DNA from: Chrysomallon squamiferum
Lineage: Eukaryota > Animalia > Mollusca
Reading direction: 5' to 3'
Assembly (NCBI GenBank): GCA_012295275.1
Contig: CM022672.1
Location: 35,402,001-35,466,000, forward strand
Length of the DNA: 64,000 nt
Shown: one piece after another, positions 1 to 43,480 of the stretch
Layout of the letters: every line of letters starts with the position of its first letter
Position numbering within the stretch: position 1 is the first letter of the stretch
Made by a program: the position numbers and the translations under genes
Notes under the pieces: model-generated
Database searches by the model: none
What the model saw: the letters and a program-made list of their open reading frames with translations, nothing else
What the model was told of the DNA's origin: nothing

Positions 1-2200
1 AGGCAGTTACAAATGATTGATACTTCACTATTGACTTCAGTGCCTTGAAGCCAAACACAGACAGTGACATCTTAATAAAACATCATCAATCACAACATAC
101 TTACTCCACACAACATACTTACACAATACAACATTTCTACTTCTGTCAACATACAGTAGATTCTAAAATCCCTGAAATATTGTAAGTTCTGTAAAACTAC
201 AGTATATTCTCAAGATTTTATTCTTCAATGACGTAATATAGTGTGAAAAAAAGTAAATGTTTTAAAAAGAATTACTCAGTGTTAGGTGAAACAGGATAAG
301 TCATTAAAAATAAGAATTCTGACAGCTTTATTAACACTAAATGGTACAGAAAATAAAGTCATTTAGAATTGAATGGTATATTTCTTTTCTTTAACTGTAT
401 TTAAAAAAATAAAAATTAATAATAAATAAAAAAATAAAAATAATTTTGTTCTTTTCACTTTTAATTGCAATAAAGCATGCCTTCATGTAGATACATACAC
501 AGAACACACACACACACACACACAAACAATTAATATATGTGTATGTAACTATTTTATGTCTTAACTATTAAAACTTAAAATCAAAACTGAATTCCTGTAA
601 AATGTTTAATTGTATCAAAAAATCACTTTAAGAATTTAACCCTGAAGTCTATGAAAACTATCCACCTGACACATTGGTTTATTTGCTGAAACTGCAGTGG
701 GCTAACTAGATAACTAACTAACTAACTAACTAAATGACTCTGTCTGAAGGACTCAGCTATGAGACTGGTGACAGATTTAATTCATCAAGTGGTTGAGGTG
801 AAAGACAAACAGTTCAAGAGGATTTCTCAGTAAACAAGATATCAAACCCAGACAGATGGCAGAGAAATCCTGTTACTAAAAAACAAGTGTGTACAGTATG
901 TGATCTACCACTGATGTATAATGAGCTGTTTAACATTCTCTACAGCTTATTGTTTGTACACTGCCTTCGTGTTGATTGTTCATCCCTCTATTGTCACTGC
1001 TGATAGAAAGCTGGTGATTAGGGTCATCAACAGTTGATCGTGTATATTGATCTGAATAGCCCTTCATCAACGCTCAGTTTCATTCTCATTAAAGCAAGGA
1101 GGACAGTGTCAATACTGCTTTCCCTCGCATGAAAGAGAAACTAACCAGGCAAGACTTTTGTCAACAAACTCAGACATGAAAATCTTTCGGCAATTTCATT
1201 TTTTTATAAGGGCTGGAGGGGAGAGAGTTTTGTCAAAGAAAGCAGTGAAGCCGGAGCTAGGAGAGTGTTTTAAAATTGTGTTTTTAATGAAGCGAAGTCC
1301 TCAGATCTCTCTCACACTTACTGCAGGAAGCAGAACAATGGGAGGTGACTGAAGCAGGATTCTGGTTAATGATACATGAACGTATCTTTCAGTGTGAAAC
1401 CCTCCACGTTTGTAGATGACTGAGTTCTCTGAGGACAGCTCATTATCTCAAGTCCACTCAGAAAGAAAACTTACACAGAAGAAAGTGGTGAACTCAGCTT
1501 TAAAACACTCGTGTTTGTGATATACTCTCATAATTAGTGACACCTGTCTCTGTACAGCTTTCTCCTTCTTCCTGGTCTCAAGTCAGACTAACTTCATTAT
1601 TTTAAAATCTGAATTTAAATTTATTAGACTAAATTCATTATTTCACAGTCTGAACTTAACATTAGAATGACTAACTTCTTCATCTTTGTTTTTACAGTGT
1701 AAATTAAGAGAATAACTAAATTCATTATTTTACAGTCTGAAGTTTCATTATAAGTCTGATTAACTTCATTATTTTATAATCTGAAGTTAACATTATTAGA
1801 CTGACTTCATTATTTTAGTCTGAAGTTATTATTATTATTATTAGTTTTAACATTGGCTCTTTAAGTACTTTTCATCAGATTTTGTCACATGCACATTTTA
1901 CATATTATAAAATTTTAGAGGAGTAAAGGGTGGAACAGAATATGCAGAAAAGGAACAAAATTCATTTTAGCATCTGCAGCTTTTATACTGCTTTATATTT
2001 TTACTAAGTTTATTTTAAAATTTTTAAAACATGGCCTTTTGAAACTAGCTATATGTATATAAAACTTTTAAAACTGAGTTTTCACTTGACAAGTCTGTTT
2101 GGAAAGACACTCACTTACACAAGATGAATGGTTGAGTAATAAAACATCAGACACAGTCTGACAAGACAAATGATAACACAGTCTCCAGCTGACACACAAT

Positions 2201-2296
2201 ATGTCACACAAAGTGTCATACATGTTCCCAGCTTCCCAGAGTTCCCCTCAAGCACAAACATCTCAGTGCAGAGTTTGTCTCAATCTGGACAGACTG
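2201..2296 (+). CDS. dae4-like putative first coding exon (MSHKVSYMF...CRVCLNLDRL)
   Basis: ATG at 2201 with an in-frame TAA upstream at 2174; donor CTG|GTATAA at 2297 is phase 0, matching the next exon. It could instead start at an acceptor at 2188. Confidence 0.5.
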
Positions 2297-3277
2297 GTAT
2301 AAAGTGGTCAGCTAACATTACAAGTGTCACAGTGTAGTTTTATATCATGTGAACTACACAGACTGGTATAAAGTGGTCAGCTAACATTACAAGTGTCACA
2401 GTGTAGTTTTATATCATGTGAACTACACAGACTGGTTTGAAGTGGTCAGCTAACATTACAAGTATCACAGTGTAGTTTTACAACATCATGTGACTTTTCA
2501 TGTGTATGTATGTTATATATATATTTATCAATGTATAAAGGTGTCAGACATAAGTGCATATATGATTTAATGTTTAAAAAAATAGCTACTATGAACGTCA
2601 GTTTTAATTTACTGTTTTGTTTTCCTCAGATTCCTCTTCCCTCATTCAGCCAACTGAAGGCTCACTACCCCGGCTACTGGAACTTCGGCGGCCGTCTGCA
2701 CAACCACCACCTCATCCACGTCCTGGGTGTGGACAGCAGCCTGCTGCTTCACGACACCAGCGCACTGCGCCTCTCCTACGCACTCAACAAGATCGGCGGC
2801 AACCACTCCCTGGGGACTCAGCTCATTCGACTGTCCAAGTTCGGACGAGACAGTGTCCCGGGGAGGGATGGACACCAGTACATCTACCACCCCATCGCGT
2901 ATGGCCCCTACCTAGCTGACAAGTACGGCTACCCCTCCATCTCAAAGCTGCACCAGACAGACGCAGACAACACCAAGAAGAACTTCTGGGGGAAGCAGGG
3001 AATCCTCAGAGTCATCACCTACACCAAGAAGCTGAACCGACCCAAAGGTCACGTGGCATTGTGGGATTGCAACCACTTCCACCAATCAAAAGACTGGATT
3101 GTTGATCATGGACTGATCACTGTGGAATTCTGGGAATCGCCAGGTAAGAATTCTCTTTATATAAAACATGTTTACTCTATTTAGTGTAACTCTAAAACAA
3201 TCAAATCTGTACTGTACACATGTATATCATGTGCACACGCACAGCCATAGACATGCATAAATACGTACATGTGAGTG

Positions 3278-3335
<58 letters not shown>

Positions 3336-3353
3336 CACACACACACACACACA

Positions 3354-3385
<32 letters not shown>

Positions 3386-3389
3386 ACAG

Positions 3390-3421
<32 letters not shown>

Positions 3422-3426
3422 ACACA

Positions 3427-3464
<38 letters not shown>

Positions 3465-3827
3465 TTAACACATACACAGACACACACACACGCTAACACA
3501 CACAGACACACACACACGCTAACACAGACACACACACACATGCAGACACACACACACACTAACACACACACTCACACACACATGTTGAAATGATGATGAC
3601 TAACACACATGAATAAAACATCTGGTCACTGTAAGACTATTTTCAATGTTGCAGACTCGGACTGTGAGAACAAGGACATGAAGCTGCTGAACACAGAGTA
3701 CAACTCCTACGTGTCAATGCTGCGGCCGACTGCTGAGTCGCGTCTGAAGAGTCTGTTCAGACACAAGTCCTGGAAGTCACATTTTGTCCAGTTCAACTAC
3801 AAGAAGTACAGAAAACAACACAACTAG
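2201..3827 (+). CDS. Tae4-family (T6SS peptidoglycan amidase effector)-like protein, dae4-like; 3 coding exons 2201-2296, 2630-3143, 3655-3827; about 260 aa
   Basis: GT-AG junctions join in phase (0 then 1) into one ORF. Motifs LPSFSQL, DTSALRLSYALN, GRDGHQYIY, FWGKQGIL, GHVALWD and VEFWE follow the recalled Tae4 pattern (RPSF..NxCAIRMSYxLN..GxDGxxYIY..GKKGII..GHVTLWNG..FW). The 5' start is uncertain. Confidence 0.8.
2290..2490. repeat. Tandem repeat, about 70-bp unit x3, each starting with the dae4-like exon 1 donor
   Basis: cagactggtataaagtggtcagctaacattacaagtgtcacagtgtagtttt repeated. Confidence 0.85.
2630..3143 (+). CDS. dae4-like exon carrying the whole Tae4-like domain
   Basis: Acceptor ttttcctcag|, donor CAG|GTAAGA; 514 nt open, GC-rich, Tae4 motifs. 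Confidence 0.9.
3279..3581. repeat. Imperfect (CA)n microsatellite in dae4-like intron 2
   Basis: Direct reading. Confidence 0.95.
3655..3827 (+). CDS. dae4-like last coding exon, cationic C-terminal tail
   Basis: Acceptor atgttgcag|, phase 1 continues the frame (DSDCENKDMK...KKYRKQHN*). Confidence 0.8.
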
Positions 3828-5400
3828 CTCTACACCTTCTCCAGCATCATTCCTTAACAAGCATCTGACACAAACTACATTTAAAAAAACATCATCACTG
3901 TTTGTAAAACTGGACTTCATAGACTCTCCTTCAGAAGCCTGGGACACAGATAACTACTGCACACACAACAAAAAAAAACAAAAAAACCTGTTCTCTGCCA
4001 GTTCCAGTGATTCTCATCATTCCAGAAACAGACAAAGAACAATTAAAAAATGTGCTTCTAAAGGAGAAATGGATACTGACTGAACTGGCAGTAATCAAAG
4101 CTTTTGTCTATCCTAGCTAAACAGGATATACAAAGTTATTAGTAAATAAACAATATTCTGTACTGATAAATGGCAGAGATGTTCCTTGAAGAAAACAGAA
4201 AACAACAACTGTGGGTTATGTAAGAGTCGAAGCATAACCATGTGTGAATAATTCATAATAATCAACTAGTGGCAAAAACAAAACTGTCAGTGTAACAGTC
4301 ACTATTTAGTGTAACAGTCACTACTGTTACAAGGTAACAATAATTAACTTGTGTAACAGTCACAAAGTCATTGAGTTTGTGTTACTACTAAGTGTAACTG
4401 TTACAGTGGTTACAATCACTAAGTGTTACAGTGGTTACAATCACTAAGTGTAACAGTGACAAGCTGAATGAGTTTGTGTAACAGTCACTAATAAAAGACT
4501 TCCTGGAAAAAACGCTGATTCTGAGAAAATTCTGAAAGTGCTATAATCAGAGTGAACAGTGAAACCAAAGCAGGTGAAAGCAGACGTGCCTGATTAACTT
4601 TACAAATGTCTTCATTTTAATTCAGTGTCTTTATTTAAGCTTCTTGTGGCCATAATGTGTGTACAATCAGTATTAATTTATAACCTGTACAAAGTTGATT
4701 ATATTTATCTAATTTTTTTTAATGTGATTAATGTTAGTTTTTTCATGCTCAAGGAAATTTCTGTTGTGAATAATCAGATTTGTAGTGTTAAATGTTTTTT
4801 AATTATTCTATCAGTAAATCTGAAATCAAACTCATCTTTTTTTGTGATTTTGAAACTAAGTTAATCCTTTTTGTGATTTTTGAAACATAATTAATCTTTT
4901 TTTGTGATTTTTAACTAATTTTTTTTTTTTACTTTGAAACTAAATTTCTCCTTTTTGTAATTATCTTCATCACAATTCAAAATAAAGTTTCAGTTTTATT
5001 TTAAAACGTGAACTATTTTAACTAATACAGACAAGGGTGTATTTGTAACATAAAACTGATTTTTCTACAACTGCTTGTTCTCACATGATCTTGACACCTA
5101 TAAAATAAACATAAATCTCAAATTCTTACTTTCCTGAAAAAAGATTTATAAAAATACTGTGACTACTAACATAAATCTTCAACTTTAACAAATTTGCTGT
5201 TTCATTTTGAACTGCAGATTAAGAAATAAAATTCTGTAGCAATAATAAAGCATTAATATCTGTTTCTGGATATAAAAGTTTTATAATCACAAACATTCCT
5301 CTGTATTGTTTGCCATGTTAACACTATGAACTAGCTAAGCATGGTATCCATGGATACATTCCCACAAAGAAGTGAAAACAAGCAGTAGACAGTCTGCAGA

Positions 5401-5532
5401 TTTCTTTCTAAAGTGCCTAGATACTGAATATTACCAGTCTATTTTCTTTCTAAAGTACCTAAATACTGAATATTACCAGTCTATTTTCTTTCTAAAGTAC
5501 CTAAATACTGAATATTACCAGTCTATTTTCTT
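5401..5532. repeat. Tandem repeat, about 42-bp unit x3
   Basis: ttttctttctaaagtacctaaatactgaatattaccagtcta repeated. Confidence 0.85.
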
Positions 5533-5860
5533 TTAAAATTCTTTCTGATAACCCAGAATCTTTAGTCAAATTGTGTGCTGGCATTTTTAATTTTAACTGA
5601 TTCTCGTGAAAAAGAGAAAAAAACAAAAAACAATGGTGCTAATGTTGTAACAATGATTAAGTTAGAAGAATCATTTTTTGTGTTGTGATTTTTTATTTTA
5701 ATTTCGTACTGATACCTCTGTGTTCTGTATTTTCGTGTTGGTTGTAACATGTGTGTTTGTGTTTTAATATTGTGTTGTGTGTATGTGAGTGGATTTGTGT
5801 GTGTGTGTGTGTGAAAAAGACAAAGACTAACATTAGTTGTTTTAACAAAGAAGATCATCT

Positions 5861-5901
<41 letters not shown>

Positions 5902-6595
5902 GTCATATGTATGTGTGCCTATGTGTTTTACTTAAACTGTAAGTATTTCAATTTTAAATCATAATTTGATGTGTATCAGTTTTAAAACTGTATTGTTCTT
6001 TTAGCAGTGAAAGAAAAGGAAAAACATACAACTAGCTAAACCAGTTTTCTAACAAAAACTTAATACAAACAGGAATCAATGATAACTGAAATTTATCACA
6101 GAATTTATTAAATAGAGACTAACAGTAAATTATACATAAATAAATAATTACTGTTTCTCCTAATGTAATGAATTTTAATCTAAAACAAGCCTGTAATAAA
6201 ATACAAAAAAAAAAAACATTATTTTCTGATTAATGTAAGGTGCTATTTTAACTTGCTCATGCTAAATACAGTTTTATAAACATTAACAGGATTTTGTGTG
6301 TGAAATACAAGCTGTGACTAACCAGACTGAGTCAGATAATGTTCACTAGGTTACTGAACTGTATCATATTAAATTGTAAACATTCTGGTCACAAAACTGG
6401 GACCAAAAACTTACAAACATGAACTGGATCATGTTAACCTCCTGGGACCAAAAACTTACAACATGAACAGGATCATGTTAACCTCCTGGGACCAAAAACT
6501 TACAATCATCTTAGGATAAGTAAAATATATGTAGGATGTTGACTATTACAGTTTGACTGAAAACTTATCTAAAGATTATACTGTCAGTGACAGAA

Positions 6596-6955
6596 ACATA
6601 GTGGATCATTTTGACTGGACTAAAACTTACATCACATAGTGGATCATTTTGACTGGACTAAAACTTACAACACATAGTGGATCATTTTGACTGGACTAAA
6701 ACTTACAATATATAGTGGATCATTTTGACTGGACTAAAACTTTTAACATATAGTGGACCATTTTGACTGGACTAAACTTTTAACACATAGTGGATCATTT
6801 TGACTGGACTAAAACTTACAACACATAGTGGAATATTTTGACTGGACTAAAACTTACAACATATAGTGGATCATTCTGACTGGACTAAAACTTACAACAT
6901 ATAGTGGATCATTTTGACTGGACTAAAACTTACAACATATAGTGGATCATTCTGA
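6596..6955. repeat. Minisatellite, about 38-bp unit, roughly 10 copies
   Basis: catagtggatcattttgactggactaaaacttacaa repeated. Confidence 0.92.
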
Positions 6956-7610
6956 AAGGGAGCAGAAACTTACAAGTGTACAGTTCATATTGACTCAGTG
7001 TATATATCATTCAGGAAGTAATTTTGTATTTATTCATTATTTCTGTTTTATTTATAACAATGTTTTAACAAAGTCAGCATTACTTTGCCTCTTTCTTTTT
7101 CTTTCTTATAAAAACTTTTATTAATTTTTTTTAATTTTTTTATTTTTTTAGATGAACCAACATAAACAAGATATAAATTACAATTAAAAAATTACTCTAG
7201 CATAATTATTAAGATTTACAGAATGGTGCATAATCCTTGTAAACTAATTTATTGTCAAATCTATGCAGATTACTTTTGTCTTTTAATATTTAAACAGTCA
7301 GTAATTATTTAATCACATTTAAAATATTTGTTGTGTATGATGATTATTACCTTGTATGTCTGAATAATAAAATGAATCATGACCAAACCAGACTTTATTT
7401 TTGTTTTTGTTTCCATGGCTACGTAACAGGTTAGTGTGTTAGTCAAATGTTTTGATATTGGTAAACTGAAAAGAAAAGATGGATCAGAGCTTTCCTAAGT
7501 CAGTTTTGTGTCTAATTTCACCTGAATAGCTGCATTCTCAACTTATTTCTTATTTTTTACATCAGAAGTCAGTGGCTTATCTACAAGTGGATAATTTATG
7601 ATGACAAGAT

Positions 7611-7861
7611 GAAATATCTTTTTTTCCTTTGTACCTCATTGTACAAAGAGCAGGACAGAGTGTAGTAATATATTTATTATCTAAACATACACATTAAATA
7701 TCTTTTTCTTCTCTGTACCTCATTGTACAAAGAGCAGGACAGAGTAGTAATATATTTATTATCTAAACATACACATTAAATATCTTTTTCTTCTCTGTAC
7801 CTCATTGTACAAAGAGCAGGACAGAGTAGTAATATATTTATTATCTAAACATACACATTAA
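7611..7861. repeat. Tandem repeat, about 82-bp unit x3
   Basis: tgtacctcattgtacaaagagcaggacagagtagtaatatatttattatctaaacatacacattaa repeated. Confidence 0.88.
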
Positions 7862-8458
7862 GACAAGACCACACAGCCATGTTATGTATAAAACAAAAAT
7901 CAGAACAAATAAAATAAAAATATTCGATATTCCAAGCACATTTTTAATCTAAGGTATCTTTACAAATTTTAATGAATGAATGTTTAATGACTCCCAGGCA
8001 TAAGAAAAAACAACATATTAGCTGCTGGGTGTCAACTGGAAGTTAAATAAAACACTGTCAGAGCACACTTAATTTTAAAAATGTCTGCTCCATGCCACAA
8101 AGTTTCTAACAAAGTATCTGTAACACTTTGTAAACAACTGATCATTCTTCAGACTGAAAGATTCTGATGAAATCAGATAAAAATGTCTTTTAGAATACAA
8201 CATTTTAAACACATATAACAATACAGTGTGAAATAACTGCCATAAATAAATGCACACAGATAAAAAATACAAACGTGTACAAATAGCCAGGCAAACCTGA
8301 ATCTAACTCGTGTGTATGTCTGTGTGTTTTTACATATAAAGAACAATTTTAAAATTCTTTGATTTTTCACAAACCAAAACATGTTCATTAACTTCTAATT
8401 GCTCTTACTGGCTGGTTCAGGTAATTATTTCACACCTGTTTTGTAATTAATGACTCAC

Positions 8459-40455
<31,997 letters not shown>

Positions 40456-40478
<23 letters not shown>

Positions 40479-40705
40479 CTCTCACTCCTAAAACAAAAAC
40501 ACTTCTTTATTATATATATTCTGTAGCCTCGCATTCCTTCATCTCTCACTCCTAAAACAAAAACACTTCTTTATTATATATAATATTCTGTAATATTCTT
40601 CATCTTCACCCTCAAAAACACTTCTTTATTATATATATTCTGTAGCTTCACCTTCCTTCATCTCTCAGTCCTACCTGAAACCAAACACACTAACACTTCT
40701 TTCTG
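40456..40705. repeat. Tandem copies (about 63 bp x3-4) of the ANAPC4 start-codon/acceptor region
   Basis: ttctgtagcctcgcattccttcatctctcactcctaaaacaaaaacacttctttattatatata repeated with decay. Confidence 0.85.
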
Positions 40706-40754
40706 TATAATAATATTCTTTAATGTATTTCAGTTTATATGCTCTTCATACTCA

Positions 40755-40834
<80 letters not shown>

Positions 40835-43099
40835 AATATATATACACATACGTACAGGCTTACGTAAGTTTAATCTGAAATATACTAAATGAAATAAGAA
40901 CCTTATAAATTTATTTAAAAAAAAATTAATATCTGAAATAGCTGTAAGATCCACTGGAGAAATATTCTGTAAAATTATAAACACAAATCTTAATATAATT
41001 ATAATTTATTTTTTAATTTTAAATTATTTATTTCTTGTTTTGTTGGGCTTTATTTCTGTTTTCTTTTCTTTTTTTCTTTTCCTTTTTCTTATTATTTTAA
41101 TAATTAAGTTATAATTTATTAAAAATAAAGCAAAGATTAAATATATGACTAATCTACTTTTTCCTAATTTGTATTTAAAAGAACCTTTTTTTTTTATATA
41201 TGCTATCTAAAACCTGAGTAAACATAAATAAAAAAAATTTAAAGTAATAAAATACAAAGATAACTAAGAAATTTGTTTTCTTTGATTTGGAGATGAGAAG
41301 ATTTCACAATTTGAGAATAACAATGAGCATGTATCAGACTGCATGTAAGCATGTGCGTGTGTGTTTGTATTCATGTGTGTGCAAGCATCTCTTTTCATGT
41401 TATCATAGCTTGGCATTTTAATGTATTTTTTTCTATGATGTCTAATGTAAAAAACCAAGCACATTTTTGCAATGAGATAAAAATGTGTCAGCAAACTCTG
41501 TGTTTTGAACTGCGGACAAAGGAGACAAAGAAGTGTTGACAGATCATCAAGAATCTTCCTAATAAATCAGTTACAACTACACAACCTCTTTCTGCATGTT
41601 GTTAACTCACCAAATTTTACATATAGTGTGTGTTTCATATAAATATATTACATATATATATAATTACATTGGTTTAGTTTGTACTTCAGATCCAAGTCGA
41701 GATATATACTACTGATATTTACTACTAAATATCTTTTAATGCAGTTCATATTTTAAATTTGTAGTGAAGGTGAATGTATTGTTTATAGCTGGACAGTAGA
41801 CAGACAGACAGTCAGACAGACAGACAAACAAATGTATAGACAAATACAGAGATACAGAAATGTAGACAGATATTGTATAAATAAATATTTTTTATCTCAA
41901 GACAAGTTGAAGATATTTCCATAATAAATTAATTTAAGAAAATTTACAACTTCACTCCTCTTACCATGATTAATATTTCAAATAAATGTTCAGTTTGTAG
42001 GGATGGCAGGATACTTTTTAATATATTTTTAATATTGTATAATTTTATCTTTAAACCAGTTTTTGCTAAGGTTAATAAAATAACAGTTATAAGAAAAGAA
42101 AAAAAAAAAAACATTTTTTATTGATTACATTCCACTGCACAGTTCAGGTGTAGCTGATAATAATAAAGAGAAATGCTTGTTTTTTCATTAGAATTCTTTG
42201 ACACATTCTTGCATTCCCTTGTTCTCAAGACTTGAGATTTTATTGTTATCTCCAAATCAAAGAAAATGTAATTCTAAATGGCATTTTGTTATTTGTTTCT
42301 AACAAGTTTCAAATATACAAAAAATGTATTTATATTTTCAAAACAGCAAAGTAGGAAATAAAAAATCTTTAAAAAAAAAATTGGTTTTCATTATTTCCTA
42401 AGAAAATATAATTAGAAATAAATATTGATTGACAAGATTTTTGTTTTTCACAAATAATTTTCTTTATGGAAATGACATAAATAAGCAAGTAACAATTTTA
42501 TTACTAATCTGTATCAAACATGAAAAATAAAATGTATTTCTATTTTTAAGACAGCAAAGTAAGAAATTAAAAACACCATTTCCTATTTTATTTATTGTAT
42601 CTGCTAGATCTCTCCAAGGACAACTAAATTACACAACCATAATTAGAAGTTGATTGACAAGATGTCTCTGTGTTCATAAATAATTAGTTTTGTACAAATA
42701 ACCTAACTCTTGATCTAACTGTGCCAGTTTATTAACAATACAGTTAAAACAAGATAACAGTTTCACAAATACTTTTTTATATTAGAGAAAATGATAACAT
42801 TTATTTCTGATACTGGGAATAATTAGCTGACATTTATTTCTGAAATTCAGCGCAGGTCACACCCAGTTTGAGCTGTGGGACTGACCACTGAGCTGTGCTG
42901 AGTTTGACTGACCAGTCTAGGAGTAAATAAAACAGCATCTAGCAGCACATTCCAATTGGACATGCAAATACCAAGAACAGCATCCACCTCATCACAGTGG
43001 CAACTGTGACACTGATGATTACAACATGAGGCAGAAAATACAGTTTTGTCAAATAACTGAAATTGTTCATCCGTGTCAGAGCACTCAGCATGACTTTCT

Positions 43100-43480
43100 G
43101 ATGGTCACAGCTTAGAACAGTTCTTTTTTTTACACTGTAGTCAAAACTTTCTAATGTCACATGTCAACAGCTAATGCCAGAACAGTTCTTTTTTACACTG
43201 TAGTCAACACTTTCTAATGCCACAGTAGTCAACACTTTCTAATGTCACAGCTTAGAACAGTTCTTTTTTTTAGTCAACACTTTCTAATGCCACAGCTTAG
43301 AACAGTTCAACAGTCAACACTTTCTAATAACTCATAACATTTCATGTCAACAGTTTTTTTACACTGTAGTCAAATTATATCTTTTTTTTAATGGTCACAA
43401 TTTTGAACATTTCATGTCAATAGAAATTATATCTTTTTAATGGTCACAATTTTGAACATTTCATGTCAATAGATTTTTTT
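43100..43480. repeat. Degenerate tandem repeat
   Basis: Units built from gtcaacactttctaatg..cacagcttagaacagttc. Confidence 0.7.

Noticed and set aside
1158-1352. 64-aa ORF upstream of the dae4-like gene
   Set aside because: No recognisable motif and no in-phase donor linking it to the downstream exons.
2510-2629. N-terminal 40 aa of the 224-aa ORF 2510..3184
   Set aside because: AT-rich intron sequence read through upstream of the acceptor at 2629; the ORF's last residues likewise run past the donor at 3144.
2630-3143. Bacterial contamination or a T6SS effector-immunity (tae4-tai4) pair
   Set aside because: The domain is bounded by spliceosomal introns and host microsatellites, and no immunity-like ORF is adjacent.
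3181-3571. ORFs rich in CV/HT dipeptides (also near 5.6-5.9, 9.5-9.9, 10.7-11.7, 23, 27, 30-31, 33.7-34.2 and 40.7 kb)
   Set aside because: These are translations of (CA)n/(TG)n, (TA)n and (GA)n microsatellites, not proteins.
6596-6955. Regular ~38-bp repeats (and the 13.4 and 36.8 kb arrays) resembling a CRISPR array
   Set aside because: Head-to-tail units with no unique spacers, no cas genes, and a eukaryotic context: these are minisatellites.
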